A stretch of DNA of 64,000 nt from Lama guanicoe (GCA_013239625.1 MU053881.1:15120373-15184372), one strand, 5' to 3'; counted from the first letter of the stretch, positions 1-14,925 are shown. The notes: generated by a model not told the origin, from the letters alone. Program-made: numbers and translations.

Positions 1-164
1 TCTAGATGGCCCCCCTTAGGAGAAGGGACAACTGGAGGTGGGGGACACATGGTAAAGATTCAATTATTTATCCCTTAGGCTCTAAAAATAGCCTCCCCAA
101 GACCTCAGGGGTTGTCCCCCTAAAAAAAAATCCCAGCACCTGCTCTGGGTATTTAATCAGATAA

Positions 165-305
165 AACTCTAGGTTCATATCCTGCTGCCTGTGGTTGGCT
201 TGCTTCTTGACCTTGGGCAAATGACTTTGCTCCTCTGGGCCTCAATTTCCTTTTCTGCAGGGGGATGTTCCCTACTTTCTAGAGTGTTTATAAAGATTAA
301 ATAAT
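165..305 (+). mobile_element. MIR SINE fragment
   Basis: TGACCTTGGGCAAATGACTT...GGCCTCAATTTCC...AGATTAAA resembles the MIR core. Confidence 0.65.
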
Positions 306-495
306 AATTAACTCTAGTAATCAGTAACACTGTTTGAGTGTGATACCCAGAGCTTGATGAGTGGGTTGTTTATTCCTTTGGACAAACCAGGATTGTTGTT
401 CGACACTGTATAGATGAGGAAACTGAGGCCTGGAGGCCCTGAGTCTCACAGCAAATGATTGGCAGTGTGGGGAAGGGATTCAGAGGAGAATTTGA

Positions 496-915
<420 letters not shown>

Positions 916-1062
916 TGACCTTGGCCTAGGTGCTATCCTCCCCTGAGCCTCATTTCCCCATCTCTGTTGTGAAGTAGGTTGGAAGTAAAACACATGGTAC
1001 CTACAGTGATTGCCAGCCACAGGCAACTACTTGAGACACTTCATGTTTATAAACCCTTTTCT

Positions 1063-1110
1063 TCTCTCTCTCTCTCTCTCCCCCTCCCACACACACTCAC
1101 ACACACACAC
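1063..1110. repeat. (TC)n(CA)n compound microsatellite
   Basis: A TC run followed by a CA run, seen directly. Confidence 0.9.
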
Positions 1111-1639
1111 GACTTGCTATATCCCTGTTTCCCAAAGCTGCTAACAGGGCTCAAAGAGGCTTACTCACCTGCCCAGGGCCACACAGCCAGCAAAGCAGGT
1201 GCTGGCAGCTCCCAGCATCCACTCCTGTTCTTGGCATTTGTCTGACAAGTGCCCACCCCCAGAAAAATGTGTCCTGAGGTCATATGGATCTGTGGAACAC
1301 CACGTTTTGTTCATCTCTCTGTCTGGTTCACCATATTCATTAGGGTGCTAATTGCTCAGAGAAGCCCTGCAACAAACTAGGAGAACCTACACATATGCCC
1401 CACCATGTACCCCATCACAGTAACTCTAGAAGGTAAACATGGTGCTAATAGTTCTGATATCCAATATACTACATAATGCTAATGTCCACACAAATAATAG
1501 TAAAACCTCATTACTACTACTATTAATGCTAATGGAGCAGTAGTATCAGATAATATTGACGCCACTGAAACAGAATTAGTACTGGTTTTACCTGCACTCC
1601 AGGTATACACTTTGCTACTCCTAAAAGTAACACCAGGTA

Positions 1640-1792
1640 ATATTTACTGAGCACTGGTCTTGTGCCAGATCTGTGCATCATCTTATTTTATTCCCACAAC
1701 AACCCCATGATGTAATTCTTACCGTATCCCCATTTTACAGATGGAGTGACTGAGGCTCAAGAGGTGAAGGCAGTTGCCCAATGTTGCACAGC
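1640..1792 (-). mobile_element. MIR SINE fragment
   Basis: ATTTACTGAGCAC...CCCATTTTACAGATGGAGTGACTGAGGCTCAAGAGGTGAAG...TTGCCCAA resembles the antisense MIR core. Confidence 0.75.
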
Positions 1793-3039
1793 CTCCTTGG
1801 CTATATTAAAGTTTGGGAAGCTTTTCTCTAATGATACTAAAAGCTGCCACCTGAGCATGAGTCTGGCTCTCTCTGGTTATGCTCAGGCTACTTTCTAAGG
1901 TCAGAATTCAGGCTTCTAGACAAGGAAGCTGAGGCCTTGAGAGGGGATGTGGTTTACCCTAAGTTCAGCTGAATGATGGGTACTGCCTGGTTGAATTCCT
2001 CCCAGCACATCCACTATTTGTGCCCAGAAACCTCAAGACACAGGGGTCCCTTGGCATCTGCTAGGATCACTAATTCTCAGACTGGATGCAGGGGCTTGTA
2101 TAAATTGGGGAGTGTTACAGAAATTTGGAACGCTCTAGAATATTCCAGAATATGAATAGATACCTCCCTGCTCCTAAGCTTTAGACTGGGGTCTACTCAG
2201 ACTTGTGGTGGTATTTTCCAGACCAGTGGAATATTACAGAACACAGGCAGTTGTCAGAACAGGGGTGGCTGGATGATGTCAGTCTGACATTCTCCACAGG
2301 TGTAAGCTCTCTATCGCCCCAGTGGTTGTCATGGGACAACAGTGGGTGTCATCGTGGTGGGGGCTCCTTGAATGGCATCGTGAGGGCACGGGACCTCGTG
2401 TCTGGTACTCAGTAGCTGTTGGCTGTGGCCATTTGGCCATTCCTAAGATTGCTTGAGGGTACGGAGGGGAACGTAATGATCTCAGCAGCTGTGGGAACAT
2501 CAGGGGCTACTTTTGCTTATAGGCCCTTTGGTGATGTGGTGCTTTGGTTGGGACACACTCCTGGCATCACAGGTGCTCTGCTAACTAAGCAGATGGGTGT
2601 CACCAGGAGACCCCCGATCACCCCGTTTCCTGGCTGGATAAATCAGTCCAGATGTCACAGGGCTGAGATTGGAGCCAGGGGTGGGAGAAGAGGGTAGCTC
2701 CAGAGTCTCTCTTCTGGGCATCCCTGCCATCCTTATTGTGGTGGGTAGGGTGGCTTTTCTCAGCCCTTTGCCCTTGCTGAACCTTGATCTTGTTAAGATA
2801 ACAGTCCAGCCAGCGCTCATGGAGGGCCGGCATTGTCAACCCTAGATCAATCCTTTCTTACCCAGTGTCCAGCCAGGGACATTGAGGCCCCAAGGCCTGT
2901 GGTTAACCTGCCCAGTAAGTGGCAGGATGACCACTGAAAGCTAAGCTTGTGCCCCGGTGCTGTGCCACCCCTGCCAGGTTAGGCAGAGCTGGGTGGGGGA
3001 GTGCCCAGGGGGCAGGTGCCTAATGGAACTGCTCGGTGA

Positions 3040-3282
<243 letters not shown>

Positions 3283-3292
3283 TGAGATATAG

Positions 3293-3475
<183 letters not shown>

Positions 3476-3702
3476 TGAGAACCTGCTACCGGCAGGGGTC
3501 CCTGTGGGGGTGTGGAAGTGAGCAGGACATGTTGCTCCCGCATCTCACCCCATCTGCCTGCACATTTTATAGAAATGGAAACTGAGGGTCAGGGAAGGGG
3601 GCTCTTGCACCAAGTCACATACCTCAAGGGTGACAAGAGTTACTTGCATTTTACTGCGGAAGAGGTGATAGCCCTTTCCTGCGCTTTCCTGCCTGCTACT
3701 GA

Positions 3703-4032
<330 letters not shown>

Positions 4033-4354
4033 TAATGCTAGAAACCTCCAGCCACAGAGGGCCCCAGATTCAGAAAATTCCAGAATATGGATAGATGTTC
4101 AACTATGCCTAGCCTTTAGTTATATCCAGCCTTATGGTATATCTCAGATGAATGGAATGTTAGGTGGTAGAGGTAGGTGTCTGAACGTGGGTGACTGCAG
4201 ACATTGTCAATCCACGTGTCCTGTTGTCAAGCCCTTGTTCACTTGGGCTCCATTTTGTAGATTCGTTGGGAGTGCCCTGAGGATGGTGCTGGTCTTGGCC
4301 CATGTTAGAGATGGGGAAACAGGCCAGAGAGGCCTGAGGTCTCCCCAAGAGTAG

Positions 4355-4816
<462 letters not shown>

Positions 4817-5059
4817 TAGATTTGAGAAGGGCATAGGCATCAGCCAGCCAAGCACTCTGGGGTACAGATGGGGAAACTGAGACCCAGACAGTTGCAGGGG
4901 TGTGGCCTGGGTCACAGCAATTCATTGTCTTGAGACCAGATTTGATTCCCAGGTCTTAGGTTCCCTCTGCTCCCCTACAGTGCCCTCTGGTCCGTTGGTA
5001 ATTGTTCCTTGCATATAATACTCTGTGGCTCCCATCTCTCTCATAGTAAAAGCTGGGTT

Positions 5060-5465
5060 CTCACTGCAGCCTTTGAGGCTCTGAGCCATCTGGTCTTCCT
5101 CCTGCCGTCATCCTCCATTCTACTCTTGCTCCTTTCCATCCTGCTCAGCTTCCCCACTGCTTGCTGCCCAGGCCAGGTCTGCTCCCACCCCAGTGCTTTT
5201 GCATAGGCTGTGCCCACTGCCTGAGACATCTGTACCCCAGGTACCCCAATGGGTCCCTTCCTCACTTCCTTCAGGTCTTTGATCTGTTATCACCTCTTCA
5301 GGAAGCCTTCCTTGTCACCTCCACCATGACCCTCTGCCCTGTCTTCATGTTTCCTGTGTCGCTATCAGTCTATCTCCCATTCCAGAAGGTAGAGATTTTA
5401 TATGTCTCATTCATTGCAAACAGGGCTCGGCACACAGTAGGTGCTAAGTAGGTGCTAGTGGAAGG
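5060..5465 (+). mobile_element. L2 LINE 3' fragment
   Basis: CTTTTGCATAGGCTGTGCCCACTGCCTG...CACCTCTTCAGGAAGCCTTCCTTG...GGCACACAGTAGGTGCT resembles the L2 3' end. Confidence 0.65.
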
Positions 5466-5799
5466 TAAGTGGCTTGAGTGGACTTGACCTTAATTGCTTT
5501 TGCTCCATCTCTGTTCATCGTTACACTGTTGGGAGAGGTGGTACTTTCAGCATTTTTTACCAGTGAGCTGAGGAAACTGAGGTGCAAGCAAATGCTGGGT
5601 CACCTAGTGTGTTTGTGAGAGGCCTGAGCAGGGCCTCTCTCCAGTCAGTATTTTTTAAGTACTTTCTGTGTATAGAGTTCTGCATAAAAATGTGAGGAGG
5701 AGAAAGATGCTGTCCCTTATTTTCAAGGGTTTATAATTCTCTTGAGAGGAGTGAGACTCTGCTCATGTAACCTCAGACATGTTTGAATCTGGTGTTTGA

Positions 5800-6145
5800 A
5801 GGTGATGGAAACCTCAAATAGATTCAAGCAAAAGGAGGAATTGACAGCTGCCAAGTTGAGGGTAGCTGGCTTCAGGCACTGCTGGACCCAGGTGTTAGCA
5901 ATGTTGTGCAGATGCTGTTTCTGTCTGCCTTGTGTTTCTTAGGCAAGTTTCTCTCTCAGGGTGACCAAGATGCTCCCTCCTGCTCTGCTAAAAGCTCCAG
6001 GTTTCCATCCTTCCCACTCAGCAACTGGCCTCCCAGTGGTACCAGCATAGTTCAGGCTGGATCTCATTGGCTGGCTTGAGTCACATGCCCGGCTCTGAAT
6101 CATTCAGTGTGGCCAGAGCTTTGGAAACATCCAGTTGGCTTCTCC
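5800..6145 (-). mobile_element. MLT1-type (ERVL-MaLR) LTR fragment
   Basis: GCTGGCTTCAGGCAC...CTCATTGGCTGGCTTGAGTCACATGCCC resembles old MLT1 LTRs. Confidence 0.5.
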
Positions 6146-6403
6146 AGCCAACCAAGGTGGTGAGGGAGCGATTGGCACCTGGGTCTCTTGAACAGGATGA
6201 GACAGACACTCAGGGGAAGGAGCAGGTTGGGAGATGACATTGAGCCTTGTGGGCCACTCATGTAGTCTGAGGGCTCAGGGGAGCAGTGTCGGGGTGACTG
6301 GGCCCTCAGGGCAGTTGCCAGAGATAGATTTGGGACTAGTTAGGGCTGGCAGGGCTGTGTCTCTTGAAGGAGAACATGGACCAGCATGGGTCCCGAGTGA
6401 TAA

Positions 6404-6628
<225 letters not shown>

Positions 6629-6877
6629 TAAAGGGCCCCAGCCAGCTTGCTGAGACCCTCATGACTCCTGTATAGGCAGCCTGGGTTCACCCCCCTACAG
6701 GGGTCCCAGAGACCAAGGGCACCGTCAGCCTGGCCATTGCTGGCATCCTCAGCTTTCCTCCCAGAACCTTCATCTCTCCTGGATAGGTTTGCTCCACCTT
6801 TGCTTTTTCCACCCCATCTGCTGTCTTCCTGGGGGATGGAGATAGCAGCCCCCACTTTGCTGATACCCAGAGAGTAG

Positions 6878-7279
<402 letters not shown>

Positions 7280-7503
7280 TGACCAGGGCCAGAGCAGAAG
7301 GTGAAACATAATCTGAAGGACTCAGGGTGGGGAAATGATGGCTGTTTCAGAGGGAAAGGGGAGGTGTTCCAGAGGAGGGGACTTGAGTTTTGATGCACAA
7401 GTAGGAGTTTTCCAAGAGGAAGGCAAGGCACTGTGAGGCAGTGGTTTCCTGGGAGGCCTGTTTGGGCTGTGTTGCTAGCTGAGGCGCAAGACATCAGTCT
7501 TGA

Positions 7504-7629
<126 letters not shown>

Positions 7630-8045
7630 CTGCCCAGGTGGCCGCCATCCCCTCCACTCACCGTGGACCCCATCCTGCGCTCCCTAACTCCCCCAGGCTC
7701 CCTGTCCACTGCCCTAACTGGCTTATCCCCCTCCTCTGGGGCGGGGGCAGTGAGGTTTTGGGGCCACATGGCCCAGCGAGCAGGAGGAACTAAGCCCTAT
7801 AGGAGGAAAGTGAGGCAGGGCCCGAGCCCCATGTCCAGCCCAGAGCGAGGGGCCCCTCATTCCTCCAGACCCAATTCCCGCCCCTACCCCTACCCCCCTG
7901 GGTTAGGTCTCATTGGGGACCAGCCTCAGTTCCTCCTTCCCAACAGGCCTGGGGGCAGCCCTTCCTCCACCCAGTCCCTGTCCAAGCACCAACTCCTCCT
8001 GCCCCGCCTGCTGCCCTCTGTCCAGGTCCCCCCACCACACAGTGA

Positions 8046-8051
8046 AATAAA
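8046..8051 (+). terminator. FKBP8: FKBP8 polyadenylation signal AATAAA
   Basis: AATAAA about 420 nt after the stop codon, ending a C-rich 3' UTR. Confidence 0.8.
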
Positions 8052-9311
8052 GCCTCCCACCCCGCACCCTGCCGGCTCCAGACCCTTCTTCCACCGTCGC
8101 TTGGGGCTGAGCCAGAGATGGGAGATGGCCTGTGCCACATCCCGGGTCACGCAGGACAGTGGACGTGGCCGAGGCAGGGCTAGGGGTATCTCCTCTTGGG
8201 CCACAGCAGACCCTCATTACCAAGGAGGAAACAGACCTGGAGAAGTGGGGTGATGAGCTCAGGGTACCCAGTCAGACTCTGTGGGAGTTCACACCCAGCT
8301 GTGCTCTTTACCCCACCTCTCCTGACTTGTTGCCTCATCTGAAATTGAGGACCCTGATGGGACCTAACTAGGGGCTGTGCTGAGCCTGCAGTGACCACAG
8401 GGGCAAGCAGACAGCCCCATGTCTGGGCAGCAGCATAGCCAGTGCACAGGCCCTGGAGCGGGATGGATCCTGGTGAGTTCAAAGTTGATAAAGGTGAGTG
8501 GTTAGCAGAGCTGGACTCTGCAGGGCCTCAGGCTGTGGGGAGGGTTTGGAGTTGATTCCAGAAGCTCCATCTGCTCTCCTTTTCCCAATAGCCTGGGACT
8601 GTAGGAGCTTCTCCCCCAAATGCTGCCCACCATCACAGCCAGGACAGACAGAGCCAGTGTTTGGGCCTTTGTCAACCAGCACCAAGGCCCTTCTCATTGC
8701 TTTCTCCTGCCTCCAGGAAAGGAGATCTCTGAAGTAGACCACACAAGTGTCTGACCCGCCCCCATCCCCTTACAGTCCTGGAGGGGAAGCCACTGACTAC
8801 AACCACCCAGAAGAAGGTGGTGGTCAGGCCTTGAACCTGGATCTTTGCCCTGCCTGCTCCAGGGCCCTGCTCTCCAGGCCACCTGGATTACTCTCAGGGC
8901 ACAAATCTAAAGGTGGCTTGAGCCTGCTCCTCTCTTCCACCGTTCAGCCCCCTTGGGTTTCTGTTTTGTCCTCAGATGGGAGGGGGTCTCCATGGGAGGT
9001 GCTGGGGCAGGGACTGCGGGTTGGCCAGGTTCGAAGGGACTGCATTTCAGGCAGGACAACTCCTTTCCTCAGTCTCATCATCTCAGGCTGGGAAGCTGAC
9101 CTGAGTGGTGACCAGCAGGGTAAATTCCTGGTGCCGGTGTGAGTCACTGCTGCTGTCACTCCTCAGTGCTGATTGTGTGCTGGCAGTGGCGTTAGTCCAC
9201 TGGGTACCCACAGCGGCCTGATTCTGTGCCCATTTTCCATATATTCTGGGGATAAATCTTTTGTCAGATAGTTACGTTGTGAATATATTTTCCACTCTGT
9301 GACTCACTTTT

Positions 9312-9400
9312 TTTTTTTTTTTTTAATTATTCTGCAGCCCCAGAGGGCCTGCATTGTGGGGCCCGGCTGCCCGCGGTGCACCACGGCACTGTGAAGATGA
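9312..9400 (-). mobile_element. Short retrotransposed insert of unknown source, with 14-bp TSD
   Basis: Poly-T at the left end; TGTGACTCACTTTT duplicated at 9298-9311 and 9401-9414. Confidence 0.8.
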
Positions 9401-9450
9401 TGTGACTCACTTTTCATTTTCTTAATGTCTTTCAAAGAGACATTTACATT

Positions 9451-9591
9451 TATGTATGTATGTATGTATGTATGTATGTATGTATGTGTTTATTTGGGGG
9501 AGGTAATTAGGTTTACCTATTTTTGGAGGAGGTCCTGGGGACCTTGTGTATGCTAAGCTGTACTCTACCACTTGACCTATACCTTCCCCCC
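9451..9591 (-). mobile_element. tRNA-derived camelid-type SINE (internally deleted) with (TACA)n tail
   Basis: Reverse strand reads GGGGAAGGTATAGGTCAAGTGGTAGAGTACAGCTTAGCATACACAAGGTCC...; (TATG)n array at 9451-9487. Confidence 0.75.
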
Positions 9592-11032
9592 AGTTTACAA
9601 TTTTTTTTAACATTTTTTTATTGAGTTACAGTCATTTTACAATGTTGTATACAATTTTTTGATGCAGTCCAATTTGTCAGTTTTCTTCTTCTATCCCATG
9701 TGCTGTTTCTCAATATTTGCTGAGCCCAGTGTGTAGAGATTTTCTAGGTTTTCTTTTAAATGTCCATGACTTTAGCTTTTACCTTGAGATCTATGATCCA
9801 CTTTGAGTTAATGTTCGTGTGTGGTGTGAGGTTGGGGTTGAGGTTCATTTTTTTCCATATGGCCATTCAGTTGTTCCAGAAACATTTGTGGGGAAGACTT
9901 TCCTTTCCCTAGTTAGTCTCTATGGCAGCTTTGTCAAAAGGCAGCTGACCACAGGTGTGAGTCTTTTCTTGACTATGCTCCATGCTGAGGGTCTCTGTGT
10001 CCCCTTGGCAGGTCCCATGCTGCCCTGAAGGCTAGCTTTTTGGTAATGCTGGAGTCAGGCTGGATGTGCCTCCCACCTTGGCCCCTATTCTCCAAGGTTG
10101 CTTTGGTTGTGCCCATTATTGGCTAAGCAACCTGAGGCCCAGAGAGGAGACAGCTTCTGCTCAGGGTCCCACTACCTGGAAGCAATAGGCAGGATTTGGC
10201 CCAGGTCAGCCTGCCTCCAGAGCCCATGCTCCACCCAGCAGCTGGTTCTGCACCTCACTGCAACTTCAGGCCAAGAGATGAGGAGAAAGACCTTGAATGT
10301 CAAGGCCAAGAGTGTGAACTTCAGTATGTTCATTCTTTTGGACATTCTATCCTCAATGGTCTGAACAGGGCGGAGGTGGGGAGCCAGAATATCCAGGACA
10401 AGAGGCGTTGAAGTTTCCCTAAAGGCACAGGAGGCCTTTAGCAGGTAGTAAAGGGTGCTCCTGGTACAGGCATAACATGTATAAAGGTATGCTGGCTGGA
10501 CAGTGCATCTTTTGTTCAGAGGATAACTAGTTCAGATTTTTCTTTCATATCAAAGCACATACCAGTGCCTTCTGTGTACCGTCTTGGACAATGACTCAGC
10601 CTGGCCTTTCCCTCAAGGAGTGCAACTTGCAGTGGGCTGTGAATTGGAAGTGAACACAGCAGAATGAGCTTTACACGTGAGCACTTATGTCTCCTGAGCA
10701 CTCCAACGGGATGACCTTTGCATGCTTCCATCTCATGTCATCCTTAAAGGACAACTTCCTGGAGGCGAGTGCTGGCCAGGGTCACCCAGTGTGGGATCAT
10801 CAGTGTCTCTGAATGCCTGTCCTCTGTTTCTCCTTCTGGTGGAACTCACCTTTACCATGCTAATGGGGCTGGTTCCCCACCAGCCTTCAGAAGTCGCCTG
10901 CAACCCAGGCCTGACCAATCAGCATTCCAGCGCCTTGGCTTCTAGATGGTCATGTGACCCACAGTCAACCAGTCAAAGCCTTCCCTGGTACTTCTGCTGG
11001 AGCTTTGAGGACATTTGGAGCCCCCCCCCACC

Positions 11033-11607
11033 TATAGAGCAGTAAAGAAATAATTCATTAGGCCTGGGTTGTCCAAACCCTGTACATTTAAAGGACTGGC
11101 CCTTGACCAGCACCTGAGAGGTCACCTGTAGGCTCTTGGAATGTCCTGACTGATAAGAATGTCTGTTAACCTGAGGCCATGGGTCACATCAGATATTCCA
11201 CGCTAACAATATGATTTAGAGTAGGGGCTTTTGGCCACATGATATCAGTTCAAACTCTGAATGGGCTGGAGACTGAGTTCAGTCATGTGGGTGGTCCGCC
11301 ATATGTGCATGACTGACCCCTCTTCCCCAATAAAAACCCTGGGCAAGGCCTCAGGTAAGCTTCCCCAGTTGGCAATATTCCATGTGTGTTATAGTTGTTG
11401 CTGGGAAAACCAGTTGCTGTCTACAACCTGAGACTTGTGCCTGGTTTCTCCTGGTTTCTGCCTTATTCACTCTTTCCCTTTGCTGATCTTAGACCATAGC
11501 CTTTCACTGTGATCTACCATAGCCACAAATGTAACAGCTTTTCTGAGTTCTGTGAGTCGTTCTAGTGAGTTATCAAACCTAAGGGTAGTCCTGGGGCTTC
11601 CCTGACA
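11033..11607 (+). mobile_element. MER21-like solo LTR
   Basis: GGAATGTCCTGACTGATAAG, CAATAAAAACCCTGG and TTTTCTGAGTTCTGTGAGTCGTTCTAG...CAAACCTAAGGGTAGTCCTGGGG resemble MER21. Confidence 0.7.
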
Positions 11608-11994
11608 ATAGATGTCTTTACCCCCAGTCCGAGAAGGGCTGTGAGTCTTCCTATTGCACAAGTAAGGCCTGAGGCCCCAAAAGGTGGACTTTCTGGCTTT
11701 GAGGTGCCCAGCTAAAGGAGCAGTGGAACAGGCATGGGACCCTGGAGCTGCATGCTGGCCACTCTGCCATGCAGAGGGACCAGTTCCAAACTGCGTGCTC
11801 TCACAGATCCTCGTGTTCCCTCTGCTGCCAAACTGTATGCTTCAAAATCCCTAAAGCCCATTTGCTCTGACCCAGTAACTCAGCTTTCAGGAAGTTGTGA
11901 GACAGATGTGTAGAGATGCATCCCCGAGCGCCGTGGGCTACAGAAATTTTAAGGTGTTTATGAGAATTTCTCCTGCATCATACCATGACTGGGA

Positions 11995-12460
11995 ATAGGG
12001 TGGATCTCATTCCTGTGATTGCTGTTATTGGGCACAGCTTACCTTAAGATATGGAGATCATCTGGGTGGGCCTGACCCTGTTGGTTGATTGAAAAGAAAG
12101 TCAGATTTAAACTATGAAAAAGATTCAACATGAGAGATGTCTCTGTTACTGAGATGGAGGGGGCCACATGGCCAGTGCCTGAGAGTGGCCCCCTGCTGAC
12201 AGCAAGGAAGTGGGGACCTCAGTCCTACAACCACATGAATTCTGCCAACAACCTAAAGGAGCTTGGACACAGATCCTTCACTTGATCCTCTGAATGAGGA
12301 CACATCCCAGCCAACACTTTTATTACAGCCTCATGAGACCCTGAGCAGAGGACCATTAGAACATACCAGACTTAGGACTGACAGAAACTGTGCCATAGTA
12401 AATGTTCCTTGTATTAAGCCAACATATATTAACAATCGCTATTAGCGATAGCCAACTAAT
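11995..12460 (+). mobile_element. MLT1-type solo LTR
   Basis: CTGACAGCAAGGAAGTGGGGACCTCAGTCCTACAACCACA..GAATTCTGCCAACAACCT..GAGACCCTGAGCAGAGGACC is characteristic of MLT1. Confidence 0.8.
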
Positions 12461-12506
12461 GAATAGTGGCTGTTCATCCCAGTGTGGTTTAAAAACCCAT
12501 AAACTT

Positions 12507-12613
12507 GGGGTGGGGTGGAGGGTAAACAGTTCAATTGTAGAGCACATGCTTAGCATACACGAGGTCCTGGGTTCAATCCCCGGTACCTCCATTAAAAAAT
12601 TAATTAAAAAATT
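12507..12613 (+). mobile_element. tRNA-derived camelid-type SINE
   Basis: GTAGAGCACATGCTTAGCATACACGAGGTCCTGGGTTCAATCCCCGGTACCTCC with a B box at 12570-12579 and an A-rich tail; diverged TSD AAAAACCCATAAAC (12491) / AAAACCCCACAAAC (12614). Confidence 0.85.
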
Positions 12614-14329
12614 AAAACCCCACAAACAGCAAACAACATGAAAGTCTAATAGAAAGGGATTATGTAGATAAACTTGTAAACCTGTTAATAATAACGATTT
12701 CCACAATGATGCCATTTGCCTTTGGTCTAGGGTAAATGCTGTTATCATCCCTATTTATTGGACGAGCAAAGTGAGGAACAGAGAGGGCAAGACACATCCA
12801 AGGCTACACAGGATGAGGGTCAAGCTAGGGTCACTCTTCCCATCATAGAGCTAGAACTTCTGCAGTGAGCTTGCTAGGTGGAGTAGTGTTGAGAGGCCAC
12901 CCCAAGATGATCAACTGACTTCCAGTTTCTTGGGTGACCTAGTTTTTAGAGACTTTTGGAGGGCATGCCAATGCCTGATGATTTCCTCCTTTATTGTTCC
13001 TGGGGTCTTGTTGGGAGCCACTGGGGCATTAAGTGTAAAGGGGATAAATGCTTGTTACCAAGCAGTGTAGCCCATGATTTCAGTGTTCTTAATTCCCTTA
13101 ACTTCTTTAAGCCCTCAGTTTCCTCATCTGGCAGATGGGTCCAAACCACTGTCCCCACCCCAAAAGCCAGTCATGGGTACCAAACACTGAATACGGAGCC
13201 TGGTGTGTTTTAAGCATTCAAGGTGGAGTGACTGTTGTTATTACTGTTGTCAATTTCTTGGATGAATCTACTTAGGCTCAGAGAGGGGAAATGCCTTTCC
13301 CAATGTCACACAGCAGGCTGGTCAGCCCTCAGAGTTGGCTCTGCCTATGTTCTACTCCATTCAGCAGTCTGGCTGGCTGTTCCTTCCCCATCCTCTAACT
13401 CTAGACCACCTGCTCCCCGGCTGCCCTATTCCTGTCCTGTGGCCCTTCTGGGTGCAGGGTAGCCCTGACCTGCTCCAATATTTACCTGGCCCAAACTCCT
13501 GGATAAACAGTTGGGCACAACAGTGGGTAGATGGGTCAATGTCTCTGAGCAAGTGCTAGTATCTTCTCCGTAGGATCAACTGATCCCCAGGTGAAAGGTG
13601 GAGGATCCCAGAGCTTTGGCTCTGTGCTCAGACAGGCAGGAGTTGGAATCCCTGCAGCAGCATGTGAGAACTTGCAGACTCTCTGAGTCTTGTTCTCCTC
13701 ATCCATGAAACGTACTGATAGCTGTGTTGTGAGGATTAAATGATATCATTTACTAATTCAACACATATTTCCTGAGCACCTACTCTATGCTAAGTCCTGT
13801 GCTGGTGGTGTTCAATGAGGAAATATAGAATCTAGGTACCAGAGTCAGGGTGACGAGTAATCAGGAGGGCTCTAGGTCAGAAAGATCCAAATTCAAAGTT
13901 TCAGGCAACTCATTCACTGGCAGGGTGAATATCTCCACATGCTTCCTCACCCCTTTGAGCCTCAGTTTCTCAAATGGAGGTACTAATGACAGGTATGGGG
14001 AAAAGTTGCAAGGAATTTAGCATTGCTTTTAGGGTCAGCAATTCATGGTCAGGGGGTAAATAGATGGTAGTGCTGGCCTGGCAGTGGTGGGCAGAACTAA
14101 CAAGATCACCTGAGTAGAGATATACAGAAGTTCTCTGAAGTTCACTTTCCCTTCTTGCCTCAAAATCTTCATCTTGTGATCACCATATGCAATAAGATTG
14201 AAGCAAGAAAGAAAATGACTCAAGAACTTGCTGTAGGTCAGAAGACCCAGGAGCCCAGGAGGAGCTTGTGTGGGCAAGCCAAAGCTGGTCTTCAGCCTCA
14301 TTTTCCTCACCTGTAAAACAAGAGGTTGA

Positions 14330-14925
14330 TAAAATGGCAGTGAAAAGCAATTTGGCAGTTCCTCAAAGGTTAAACATAGAATGACCATATGACCTAGCAA
14401 TTTCACTCCCAGGTATAGATTAAAAAGAAGGGAAAACACCTGTCCACACAAAGACATGTACATGAATGTTCACAGAAGCACTTTTCATAATAGTGAAGAA
14501 GTGGAAACAACCAAAAGTTCATCGATGGATGAATGGATAAACAAAATGTGGTTTATCCACACAATGGAATATTATTCAGTCGTCAAAAGGAATGAAGCAT
14601 TGATACAAGCTACCATGTGGACTAACCTTGAAAAGATCATGCTGAGTGAAAGAAGCCAGTCACAAAAGGTTGCATATTGTATGATTCCATTAATATGAAA
14701 TGTCCAGAAAAAGCAAATCCATAGATACAGAAAGTAGGCTAGTGGTCGCTAGGGGCTGAGCGGAGGGGAGTTGAGGTGCTTAGTGTAGGTATGGAGTTTC
14801 CTTTAAGGGTGATGAAAATGTTCAGGATCTAAATAGTGGTACTAGCTGCACAGCATTGTGACTATACTAAATGCCTCAGAAGTGTACACTTTAAATAGGT
14901 TAACTTTATGATATGTGAAATGATT
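14330..14925 (+). mobile_element. L1MB-type LINE 3' end
   Basis: TTTGGCAGTTCCTCAAAGGTTAAACATAGAA..ATGAATGGATAAACAAAATGTGG..CTGAGTGAAAGAAGCCAGTCACAAAAGG. The track ORF 14456-14698 is a decayed ORF2 C-terminus. Confidence 0.9.

Larger units (their letters stand above)
9225..10100 (-). mobile_element. Old L1 fragment interrupted by three younger insertions
   Basis: ATATTCTGG..TTTGTCAGATA..., GATGCAGTCCAATTTGTCAGTT and GATCTATGATCCACTTTGAGTTAAT are typical antisense L1M sequence. Confidence 0.7.

Noticed and set aside
1440..1640. AT-rich stretch with TAA/TAC-like periodicity
   Set aside because: Looks like decayed low-complexity sequence next to a MIR; no ORF or structure.
12507..12595. Possible tRNA gene
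   Set aside because: Degraded A box, A-rich tail and TSD mark it as a SINE, and a second decayed copy lies at 9451-9591.
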